Shown here one piece after another: positions 47,772 through 59,002 of a DNA stretch of 64,000 nt; the first letter of the stretch is position 1, and each line of letters begins with the position of its first letter. This stretch comes from Podarcis muralis (Eukaryota). The stretch spans positions 18,972,001 through 19,036,000 of the forward strand of contig NC_135667.1 of the NCBI RefSeq assembly GCF_964188315.1, read 5' to 3'. Below the pieces are notes generated by a model. That model saw only the letters and a program-made list of their open reading frames with translations. It was not told the origin of the DNA and did no database searches. The position numbers and the translations under genes were made by a program.

Positions 47772-48904
47772 ATTAGACGTGATTCAACAAGACATGGTTT
47801 CTTGGACAGCAGATTGGAAAGGTCCGCTGGAATCCCAATCCATTCAGGCAAAAATGCTGCCCAGGGCTTGAAGACCTTAAGGAAGGGAGAGTCTGGGAGG
47901 GTGTAGTTGGCCAAGTAGACGGTCTCCCCACCAGCCAGGTAGCCGGCCCAGAAGCCAAAAGTGCCAATCGTCATTATTGTGTGGTTGCAATGAGCAAGGA
48001 GAGCAAAATCCCTCTCTGGAGAGGACTCGCGCCCATCCCCAGAAAAATAAACATCCCCCCTGGAGGCATTGATGTTTTTCTTGCACCACTCCATCCCATT
48101 GCTGGTCACCACAAAGATGGGATTGGGGTACTTCTCTCTGAAATAGTTCATGGCTTTCTCCAAATATCCTGTGTCAGCCACCACACCTTTCCAGATCTTG
48201 GGCATCACATGGACATAATCTCCTCTGCGGACATGCACTCCAACATACGTCACCTCCTGGCACTGCCCCCTTAGCTCCTGAAGATATCGATTGGCTTCTT
48301 CCTTGATGTGGTCATGGAAGGAGAACTGCTGAAGTATCTCTTGGCGGATATGGTGATAAAAGGTGTAAGAACATGGGTAGCCCGTCAGCCGGACGTACTT
48401 GCCTTTGATGTGTTTATAACTCTCTGACATCCAATCATGCAGACCAAAGTTCCTCCAGCGGATCTTTTTAGCCACTTCAGCATGGAGCACAGGCAAAGTG
48501 ATCCGGAATATTGGTGAGAGGTACTGGTGCATGGCGGGATAGATGTAGGCTTGATGTCCATTCATCTTGGCTAAGGCATAGAGGGTGGCATATTCCCCCA
48601 TCTGGTTTCCCAAACGGCCATCAGATTTCACTGTCCATATACCACTATCTATTGTCTTAGAAGATGACCTGGAAGAAGTGGTGGTTGTGTTATAGTATGA
48701 CCGAGAAGAAGTGGTGGTGGCCGTTAGGCAAGAGGGAGGTCCCATCCCTGGGAAACTGGGTGCATTCTTGAAGGTGATCCTCCACTGCTGATATGGTATT
48801 TTTTCACACAAGTACCAGAATGTAGAGAGGGACAGGAGGCCAAAGAAGCAGAGGAAGAATAAGAGGGCAGGCTGGCTGAAGGAACATCGTTGTGAGAGAT
48901 CCAT
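47603..48904 (-). CDS. Galactoside alpha-1,2-fucosyltransferase (GT11, FUT2-like), copy B; aberrant read-through C-terminus
   Basis: ATG at 48904 (MDLSQRC) is homologous to the copy A start, with the same acceptor 19 nt upstream (48924-48925). Motifs [29 protein letters not shown] and HVRRGDY are present. After LLSKKP the frame continues through (ATA)n to TGA at 47603. Confidence 0.9.
47671..47770 (+). mobile_element. L2-type LINE 3' tail with (TAT)n inside the read-through C-terminus of FUT copy B
   Basis: gccgcccagagtggctggggaaac..gccagatgggcagggtataaat..(att)n matches tails at 61520-61580 and 62394-62460. Confidence 0.85.
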
Positions 48905-49600
48905 ACCTGCATAATAGGAACACCTAAAGGAAGAGCCAAGTAGGGTGAAAAGACAGGTAAGATCAACATGCAGAACACAACCAATGTTGTACATCAGCAG
49001 TGACATAGATGGCACTGTGACCCTTTATGCTATACATGTCCATAATATATATCAAGTTCAATTTTGAATTTATAAGCCTAAAAGCAACTACACAAATGCC
49101 TAGAAGGATACTTCAAGTAAAGCCAACCTTTGCACTGTGCAAATCCTTTTCTTCACTTATGTAGTCTAACCTTGTTTCTGGAAATTTGTGCATTTTTACA
49201 TCAACTTTGTCTGTAAATTAATTGTTGCTAATTACTTGAAATTAGTCTTTTGGTCTAATTTTTTTTTAATGTATTTGCATAACCAAAGACATTCCTAACT
49301 GTAAATGCCAAGAAGGGAGGCCTCCTGTCTTCTGACTTCTTTGTTTTTAAGATAGTATTCTGCCACTTTTGACCACATTCAGGTATATGGCAACACAGTT
49401 CAATTCCCAGGAGTCACAATTTCCTAGATGTCCATCTAAGTTAAAGTCCTCTTCTTTGGTCTCTGAAGCAATGGGAGATTTATAAGGAGCCAGATACCCT
49501 TTGTGATTATCCCAGGATATAACACTGTCATTGTTCTGTGAGCAATCATTTCCCCTGTTTCTTTTTCTTTCTCCATAACAGTCTTTTGTGATGTTGGCAG

Positions 49601-52600
49601 TGTTGCGATATAGAAGCAATGCAGCCGCGAGCTGCTGGTAGCTTGAAAACATCACATGATGGAATGTTGGGACTGTTCCGTGGGAAACAGAGGGACAGTC
49701 AATTCACAGTGCAGAGGGCACCGGAATTAGCTCAGAGTGTAATATGAGCTGTACAGGAAGTGTTTGTTCTCTCTCGACTGCTGGAGTTTGAAGAGAGCAG
49801 TCATGTTTTTTGTAACGCTGCAAAGACAGAAATAAAGGCATGTAAATACGTTTTCTGTCTATCTCTTTCCCCTGCTGGGGGGGGGGCAGGAAAGAGGGGG
49901 TGTGTTCTTCTCACGCTGAGAAGGATCGCCTATTGCAACCTAGCCTGGATCTTGCCGGGAAAGCAGACAGGGAGGTCAACAGGAGATCAAGCCGGGTGCC
50001 TGGGAGAGTTGCCAGTTTCTCCTGATAAAGGCTTGATTCCCGACATCTGGTAGCACGGAGCCGATGGCATCGATCCATGAAGCAGCAGAAGAGGTTGATG
50101 GATCGTATTCATCCTCTGCAAGGAGATAAAGGAAGATATGGTAGCGTGAGGATGGAAGCTAAGCACCAAAGCAGACGTTTTTGCTGATAAGCCAGGAGCA
50201 ACGGAACCCCTAAGGTATGCTGAATTATGGGCTAAAAGTGTGAACGCAGATTGATTCTTCTCTGGTTCACAAAAGCTGCTTTTTGGATAAAAAACAGCAC
50301 TGAGAGAGAGCCACATTCTTCGCATTCCTGGGATTGATAAGGTTTGCTGCTCAAGCCTGGAATGTCCAGTTGCTAAGCAACGAAACATCAGTAAAGTGGA
50401 AAGTTACTAGCCAACACGGTAGTGAGGCTGAGCACTGAGAGAGGCTGGGAAAACACTGGGAAAACAGTGTTTGTTTTGTCTGCTATCTCACTGCTCTTGG
50501 AGGGACTTTCAAAACAGCCTGCGTTTAGCTGCCAAGTGCTACGCAGTGAACAGCCAATAGACTCTTGGGGTTTACAGGCTCGAGAGTGAGAGCTGAGACT
50601 TGGATTCAAAATGGATACCAAGAAGGGGGAAGGCTTACCTTACCCACCTCCACTGACTAATGACAATTATTCCTCATGGTCTGTAAAGATGAAAGCCCTG
50701 CTTCAGAATCAGAGGTTTTTTGGGGTGATTGATAACCCTATCCCTGCTGCACCAACGCCAGGTTGGAATTCACAGAATGTGAGACCCAGGATGGCCATAA
50801 TTCTGTGTATCTCAGATGATCAACTCGTGCATATTCAGGATTTGGAATATGCGCGTGAGATCTGGCAAACGCTGCGTAGAATACATCAAAGAGATGCTGG
50901 TTCTTCAGCGTTGCTGCATTTTGAAAAGCTAACCAATCTAAGGCTAGCGCCTGATGGAGATGTACAAGCGCATCTGACAGATATGAAATTCTTACGCCAG
51001 CAGATGGCACAACACAATTTTCCTCTACAGGAAGAGATATTCTGCTTCATGATTATCAACAGCCTTAATCGGACTTACAAAACCGTTGCAAGTCAGCTGG
51101 GTTCTCTACCTGTCACAGATCTTACGGTGGAAAGAATTTGTGCCGTTGTTCTCAATGAGAGAGACAGACTTGCTGCAATAGATGTCAAAGACAGGGGGAG
51201 AGAAGCTCGGAGTTCTGACACCCCCACTGCTACTGCAAGTGAAGAACAGGCTGTTGCTTTGAACGTTGTCCGTTCTTTCAATTGTGGACAGACTGGGCAT
51301 CTTCAGCGGAATTGTAAGAAGCCATGTCAACAGAAAGGAGCTAAGGGGAGCTCTGCAAAGCCTGAGGCGTCAGGCAAAAGTCGTACCAAGTCCCAGATGA
51401 AACCTGCAAAAGCATTGCTGTCAACAAAAGCTGAATTTTCAACAGAGAACGCTTTTGTTCTTGACACGGGTTGCACGCAACACATGACGTCGCGCTGAGG
51501 ACTGTTTTCAACGTTTAAGAAGCAAAGCTTCACTGTGAAACAGGCCAATGGCCAGGAGCTGAAAGCAACTGGGTTTGGAACTGTGTATCTTGAGAGTCTG
51601 AACTTGACTATTAACAATGTGTATCTGGTTCCTGATTTAAAGTTCAATCTGCTGAGTGTTTCGCAGATCGCAAAGAAAGGACTGATTTTGTCCTATGATA
51701 GAGAAAGCTGCAAAATCTTCAAAGATGGAGAGCTGTATCTTTCTGCCAGAGAGAAAGATGGACTGTATTTGTTGACTTTTGATCAAAGTGATTGCATAAA
51801 TTGTAATGCATCTGAGTCTAACATGATTTCTCTCGCAGGTGTGAAGAATAACGTCCAGAAGACGACGAAAGTAACCAAAGCTTTTCAGCGAGTGTATGCT
51901 GATGTGATTGGTCCTCTAGCACCATCTAGAGGCAATGCAAGATATTATCTTGTGTGTGTGGATTATTTCACTCATTATGTGTGGATATACATATTGCACA
52001 AACCACAAGAAGCCTTAGAAAGGTTTAAAGAATTTTGTGACAAGGTTAAGAATATTCATGATGCTAACATTGATTGTCTTTTCACAGATGAAAAGCCAGT
52101 TTTTCTTTTACATGATTTTCAGGATTTCCTGGATAAGAAAGGGATAAGGCACAAGACTGCTGTTTCTGCAGGAGCATGGAACAAAAGTATCTGTGTGCAA
52201 GTGAACAAAGAATTGCAAAATGGGATGAAGGCGCAATTGCTGAGTTCACATTTGCCACATGAGTATTGGGCTGAATCGATGTTGTGTTTTTGTTACACTT
52301 GGATGAGAAAGGTTTCAAAAGGTTTGGGAAGTTCTCCTTTTGAAAAGCTATTTCATAGAAAACCTTCTGTTCCCCATTTTAAGGTTTTTGGGTCTCATGT
52401 GAAATCTGATGCTCCAGGTGGAGTAAAGAATGCTAGAGGCATTTTTGTGGGTTATGAAAAGGGTCTCTACAGAGTAATTTTGTCTGAATCTGGTCAGGTG
52501 ATTCTCACGAAATTTCTAGAGAGTGCTCCTGAACAGGAGAGAGTAATTGTTCACACATTTCCCACTGAGGACAATTCAGATGATGATGATGATTTTACTG

Positions 52601-53594
52601 ATTACAGTGGTACTGAGAGTAACAGTGATAGCTCGGAGAGCTCAGTTGACACAGTCATTGAGAGGAAATCTCACACAATGGCTAGACCTTCACAGGTGAA
52701 GGATGAACCACTGTTTACTATTGGAACTGGTTCTCCAAAGAGTCCTGAGACTGAACCAGTGAGCAGAGAGGATCAGCACCTCATACGTAGGTCTGAGAGA
52801 GTTACAAAGGATGTACCACCCCAGAGGTATTCAAAAGTGTTTGCTAACTTAGCTGTAGCATGTGTTACTATTGTTGACAACTCAAGACAGGTTGAAGCTG
52901 TGTCTAAGTCAGAGACAAAGACACAACAGAGAGTTGCTAAGCGTAACACTACATTCCCTAGCCAAGGTAATGCAGATGCACTCATTCCTTGGAAGTCAGA
53001 CAACCAGAGAGGTACACTGGGGAAACCAGTGGTGGGTAGTTCCAAGGGCGGAACTGAAACAACAGGGAAGTGTTATATGTATAACAACTGTTTGTTTTCT
53101 TCTCTGGATCACGCTTTGCTCGCAGCGCACTTTGATTCATATGGGGGAGTATGTTACGATATAGAAGCAATGCAGCCGCGAGCTGCTGGTAGCTTGAAAA
53201 CATCACATGATGGAATGTTGGGACTGTTCCGTGGGAAACAGAGGGACAGTCAATTCACAGTGCAGAGGGCACCGGAATTAGCTCAGAGTGTAATATGAGC
53301 TGTACAGGAAGTGTTTGTTCTCTCTCGACTGCTGGAGTTTGAAGAGAGCAGTCATGTTTTTTGTAACGCTGCAAAGACAGAAATAAAGGCATGTAAATAC
53401 GTTTTCTGTCTATCTCTTTCCCCTGCTGGGGGGGGCAGGAAAGAGGGGGGGTGTTCTTCTCACGCTGAGAAGGATCGCCTATTGCAACCTAGCCTGGATC
53501 TTGCCGGGAAAGCAGACAGGGAGGTCAACAGGAGATCAAGCCGGGTGCCTGGGAGAGTTGCCAGTTTCTCCTGATAAAGGCTTGATTCCCGACA
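49601..53594 (+). mobile_element. Ty1/copia-type LTR retrotransposon, non-autonomous (gag-protease-degenerate integrase, no RT/RNase H)
   Basis: LTRs at 49601-50045 and 53152-53594 (TG...CA), 5-bp TSD GGCAG (49596-49600, 53595-53599), PBS-like TGGTAGCA after the 5' LTR, GGGGGAG PPT. ORFs 50611-51498 and 51535-53298 are in one frame separated by a single TGA. Confidence 0.93.
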
Positions 53595-54919
53595 GGCAGT
53601 TCCTGGAAATAAATGCAGAGATGCTCTCTGTTTATGTAGGAATTGCTGCCTAATCCACAAATGTTTATTTGCTTCATAATACCTTGATATCTGGTTCTAT
53701 TCTACCTGTCCATTCTGTTCCCAGCAAAGAAGTCAATTTTCCCATGTTCTGTTGCTCGTGGTGGGGAGAAGGGAGTGACCTTTGCTTCTCCATTCCCTCC
53801 ACTGTTCCATCTCTCCACCACCTAGTCTTGCTTCTTGCATGTGTTTTGCCCCCCCCCCAACCATGCACACACCCACATCGAGAGAGAGAGAGAGAGCAAA
53901 GAGATACCCCAGGAATGCTTCTCACCTGGTCTCAGGAAAGAATTGACCTGGAGCTCTAAGTTGCAACCAGTCTCCAGGGGTGTTCTGAGAAATGTGGGCA
54001 GGACTCCAGAAAAATGTGAATCTGGTTTTATCTGGCTCCCTGTAGCGTTGCACCCCTCCTGTGGGACTTGCCCCGCCTGAGTCAGAATAAGGAAGAGCCT
54101 TTACCCATCTATTAAATATCTAGAGTTACTGTACTTAATTCCACATTTCAGGTGTCAATGGTTTTTAATGTTTACAAATTTTTTTTAAAATAAATTAAGT
54201 ATTTACTCCAGTCTTTAAGAAATGGTTAAAGTTAAACTGTATAAAATCTTGCAAATTTTATAAAAAAATTTAATAAAATTAAAATTTAATAAAACTGTTC
54301 TTTGAGCAATCATTACCCCTGTTTCTTTTTCTTTCTCCATCATGATCATTTCTACTTCTGTGATGTTGGCAATTCCTGGAAGTAAATGAAGAGATCCTCT
54401 CTTTTTCTGTAGGAACTCCTGCCTAATCCACAATTGTTTGTTTGCTTCATAGCACCTTGATATCTGGTTCTAGTCTACCTGTCCATCCAGTTCCCAGCAA
54501 AGAATCCAACTTTCCCATGTTCTGTTGCTGGTGGTGGGGAGAAGGGAGGGACCTTTGCTTCTCCATTCCCTCCAATGTTCCCTCTCTCCACCACCTAGTC
54601 TTGCTTCTTGCATGCGTTTTGCCGCCCCCCCCCCCGCCATGCACACACAGAGGGTGGGGGAGGGAGGGGGAGGGAGTCAGCAAAGAGATCCCCCAGGACT
54701 GCCTCTCTCCTGGTCTCAGGGGAAATTTAGCTGGAGCTCTAAGTTGCAGCCAGGCTCTCGGGGTATACTGAGCAATGTGGGCAGGACTCCAGAAAAAAGT
54801 ACATCTGGTCTTATCTGTCCCCGTGTGGCATTGTACCCCTCCTGTGGGACTTGCCCTGCCTGAGTAAAAATAAGGAAGAGCCTTTACCCATCTATTAAAT
54901 ATCTATTGTTACTGTACTT

Positions 54920-55272
54920 GGACGTGGGTGGCGCTGTGGGTTAAACCACAGAGCCTAGGACTTGCCGATCAGAAGGTTGGCAGTTCGAATCCCCTCAACA
55001 GGGTGAGCTCCCGTTGCTCGGTCCCTGCTCCTGCCAACCTAGCAGTTCGAAAGCACATCAAAGTGCAAGTAGATAAATAGGTACCGCTCCGGCGGGAAGG
55101 TAAACGGCATTTCTATGCGCTGCTCTGGTTTGCCAGAAGCAGCTTAGTCATGCTGGCCACATGACCCGGAAGCTGTACGCCAGCTCCCTCGGCCAATAAA
55201 GCGAGATGAGCGCCGCAACCCCACAATCGGTCACGACTGGACCTAATGGTCAGGGGTCCCTTTACCTTTACC
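54920..55272 (+). mobile_element. Sauria-type SINE inserted into one copy of the local repeat
   Basis: Same family; paralogous repeat copies show the empty site gttactgtacttaattccac. Confidence 0.9.
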
Positions 55273-56249
55273 ATACTTAATTCCACATTTCAAGTGTCAT
55301 TACATCCCTGCCTATGATTTTAACTGTTTACAATGATCTTTTAAATAAATAAAGAAAATACTCCAGTCTTTTAAGAAACGGTTAAAGTTAAAATGTATAA
55401 AATCTTGTAAAACCAATTAAAAATGTTAAATAATAATGATGATGATGATGATGATGATGAATAAGAAAGAGAGGTACCAAAAGGCTGACATGTTAACCAG
55501 ATTTTTACAAGGAATTACAGCTTTTCTGCAGACCTGTCATGAAACCCGTGCAGAAACACTTTCAGATCATAATATGGCAGTCCTAAATGGCCATTTTCCA
55601 CACCAGATACATGCATCCGACTTCAGAACTGCCTGGGGCTTTCTGGCCACTTGTTTTCCGCCTGCGCTTGAAGCAACAAGAATAATAAAAGTCCACCTGC
55701 TAAAGCAGTGTATCTTACTAACTGAATGCAGGATTTCTCTAATCACTTAGATTCGTCCCTTAAGGTGTCCATGGCCTTAATGCAGCGCTTTGAGTCTTCT
55801 GTAATTCCATGCAAGCTTGAAATGTGGCAACAGCTGAAGAATTCTGAATTCTGGGAAACACCCATTTTGTTTTGAAAAATAGCTCAAGTCTTAAGCTCGT
55901 GGTTTTGGAGACTGAAGCTTCACAATGCTTGGAATATATCTCGTGAAATCTCCAGAAGCCAGAGACAGGGACTTGATGAAAGGGAGCATCCGTCTCCTCT
56001 TCAGAGGGAAGATCATGACCCACCAGTTTGGCAAGATGTAAGTGAGGGGCTGCTAAGGCTGCTAAGCAGCGGCAACAGGATACAGGGGCAAATGCATGGT
56101 GCTACTCAGAAAGAACAACTACTGCACCAGTCCACTTGCTCTTCTACTTTTAACTTATTAACTGCCTAAATTCAAATGGCTTGATTACACCAGCACCTAG
56201 TCTTGCTTCTTGCATGTGTTTTGCCCCCCCCCCCACCATGCACACACCC

Positions 56250-56307
<58 letters not shown>

Positions 56308-57146
56308 AAGAGATACCCCAGCAATGCTTCTCACCTGGTCTCAGGGAAGAATTGACCTGGAGCTCTAAGTTGCAACCAGTCTCCAGGGGTGTTCTGAGAA
56401 TGTGGGCAGGACTCCACAAAAATGTGAATCTGGTTTTATCTGGCTCCCTGTAGCGTTGCACCCCTCCTATGGGACTTGCCCCGCCTTAGTCAGAATAAGG
56501 AAGAGCCTTTACCCATCTATTAAATATCTAGAGTTACTGTACTTCATTCCACATTTCAGGTGTCAATGGTTTTAAATGTTTACAATTATTTTTTAAAATA
56601 AATTAAGTATTTACTCCAGTCTTTTAAGAAATGGTTAAAGTTAAACTGTATAAAATCTTGCAAAACCGATAAAAAAATTTGATAATTTTTTTAAATAAAA
56701 TTAAAATTTAATAAAACTGTTCTTTGAGCAGTCATTACCCCTGTTTCTTTTTCTTTCTCCATCATGATCATTTCTACTTCTGTGATGTTGGTAATTCCTG
56801 GAAATGAATCCTGCTCACCTGTAGGGAACATTGTGTTCCTTCCTGTATAATTGCATCCTTCCTGTGGGACTTGCCCTGTCTAAGAATAAATATCTAGAGT
56901 TACCGTACTTAATTCCACATTTCAAATGTCAATGGTTTTAAATGTTTATAATTTTTTTTTAAATAAATTAAGTATTTACTCCAGTCTTTTAAGAAATGGT
57001 TAAAGTTAAACTGTATAAAATCTTGCAAAACCGAAAATAATAATAATAATAATATAATAATAAAATCTTGCAAAACCGATAAATTTTTTTAAATAAAATT
57101 ACAATTTAATAAAATTGTTCTTTGAGCAATCATTACCCCTGTTACC

Positions 57147-57937
57147 CCGTATTTTTTTGCCCTATAGGACGCACTTTTGCCCCTCCAAAAATGAAGGGGA
57201 AATGTGTGTGCGTCCTATGGGGCGAATGCAGGCTTTCGCTGAAGCCTGGAGAGTGAGGGGGTCAGTGCACACCGACCCCTCTCGCTCTCCAGGCTTCAGG
57301 AAGTTATCCGCAAGCCTGCAGTGCCCGGCGGGAGTTCCTGCTGGGCTCCACAGGCTTGCGGATAGGTGCTTGCAGCCCGAAGTCCGGGGAGCGCGGCACT
57401 GCGCACCCCGGGCTTAGGGCAGCTATCCGCAAGCCTGCGGCGCCCGGCGGGAACTGCGCACCCCGGGCTTAGGGCAGCTATCCACAAGCCTGCGGAGCGC
57501 AGCAGGAACTCCCGCGGCCTCACCGCCGCTCCGGGACCCGTTCTACTTTTAACTTATTAACTGCCTAAATTCAAATGGCTTGATTACACCAGCACCTGGT
57601 CTTGCTTCTTGCAGGGCTGGGGGTGTGGGAAGCCCGAGCTTAACCCCGACCCCAGCCCCCAGAACGGGTCCGGGAGCGATGGCGAGGTTGAGCTCAACCT
57701 GGAGCTTGCTGCTATCCGAAGCCCTGGGAGCGCGGCGCTGTAGCCCACTGCGCACCCCGGGCTTAGGGTCCCGGAAGCTCGGGCTTCCCGCGCCCCAGCC
57801 CCGTGGCTAAAAAGGAAGCCAAGACAGCGAGCAGGATCCATCCCATTCGCTGTCTTGGCTTCTGCCAAAACAGTGCACAGCCTCTGGGGGCTGGGGGGCC
57901 CTATGGTCCGGTGCGCCCTATAGAGCGAAACATACAG
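57147..57937. mobile_element. Same MITE family as 13217-13712, containing a 73-bp piece of local host sequence
   Basis: First ~165 bp nearly identical to the 13217 copy; terminal gcgccctatagagcgaaacatacag-TA. Confidence 0.8.
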
Positions 57938-58118
57938 TACATGGTGTTACTCAGAAAGAACAACTACTGCACCAGTCCACTTGCTCTTCTACTTTTAACT
58001 AATTAACTAAATTCAAATGACTCAATTGCATTTCAGGCTAGAGTTCTTCCACACATGGTACAACTAGTCTTGCTTCTTGCACGTGATTTACCCTCTCTCT
58101 CATGCCCTCAAACACACA

Positions 58119-58185
<67 letters not shown>

Positions 58186-58964
58186 CGTCAGCGTCAGCAA
58201 AGAGATCCTCCAGCGTTGCTTCTCTTCTGGTCACAGGGAAGAATTAACCAGGAGCTCTAAGTTGACGCCAATCTCCAGAGGTGTTCTAAGAAATGTGGGC
58301 AGGACTCAGGAAAGTAGTAAAGCTTGTTATATCTGCCTCCGTGTAGCAGTGCACCCCTCCAGGTACGATGCCCCTATTTTCACTGGGGAGATTTTGGAGG
58401 GCATTGGATTTAAATTAATTTTAATTATAATTAATTTAATTACTTTAATAAATTTTAATTAAATGGAAATGTCTCGATTACATTTATGTGTAGACTTGTT
58501 GAAATAAACAAAAAAATACGGAGTAAGCAGAAAACAAGATAATCCTCTGAAACACAGGTCAGCAGCATCCCTTCGTCATCCTGCTGATCTGTGAGAAACG
58601 GTGTGCAAAACATGGTACACCTTGTAAGCATTAGTTGAAGCTGAACAAGCACCCAGATCACTTCCTCAATTATGGTGGGGAATTGCAAAAGTTCCAGGAA
58701 GAGTTCTGCAAGTTTCTAAAACCATTTTGCCGTTTTAAAATCAACCTGTCTAGCACTTGTTTTCCTTACTGGCAGCTTGTGCTTACACACATTAGAACAT
58801 TTCGGCACAACTTTGTCCTTGAAGCTAGAGCAGATCATGAACCAAACATATGCCAGACTCACCTTCCCACCCCTTACAGATAGGTAGCTGTGTTGGTCTG
58901 CCATAGTCAAAACAAAAAAAAATCCTTCCAGTAGCACCTTAAAGACCAACTAAGTTAGTTCTTG

Positions 58965-59002
58965 GTATGAGCTTTCGTGTGCATGCACACTTCTTCAGAT
59001 AC
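58965..59002 (-). ncRNA. Minimal hammerhead ribozyme motif (second arm of the Penelope element)
   Basis: Exact reverse complement of 60980-61017. Confidence 0.7.

Larger units (their letters stand above)
53600..58700 (+). repeat. Array of local low-copy duplications (unit of about 770 bp plus a second block shared with 46590-47420)
   Basis: ttcctggaa.taaatg recurs at 53600 and 54373; cacctagtcttgcttcttgca at ~53820, 54590, 56195 and 58065; atctagagttac.gtacttaattccacatttca at ~54120, 56525 and 56890. Confidence 0.9.

Noticed and set aside
48905-49015. ORF-track N-terminal extension of FUT-B (MPSMSLLMY...)
   Set aside because: It runs across the conserved splice acceptor at 48924-48925 into intron sequence and is not open in copy A.
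55760-56023. 87-aa ORF in the duplicated block with VPV(S/Y)GFW, vaguely like a sialyltransferase motif
   Set aside because: No other sialylmotif residues; paralogous copies have frameshifts, stops and an L2 insertion.
53600-58700. Regularly recurring repeats as a CRISPR-like or satellite array
   Set aside because: Units are hundreds of bp, diverged and irregular; eukaryotic segmental duplication explains them.
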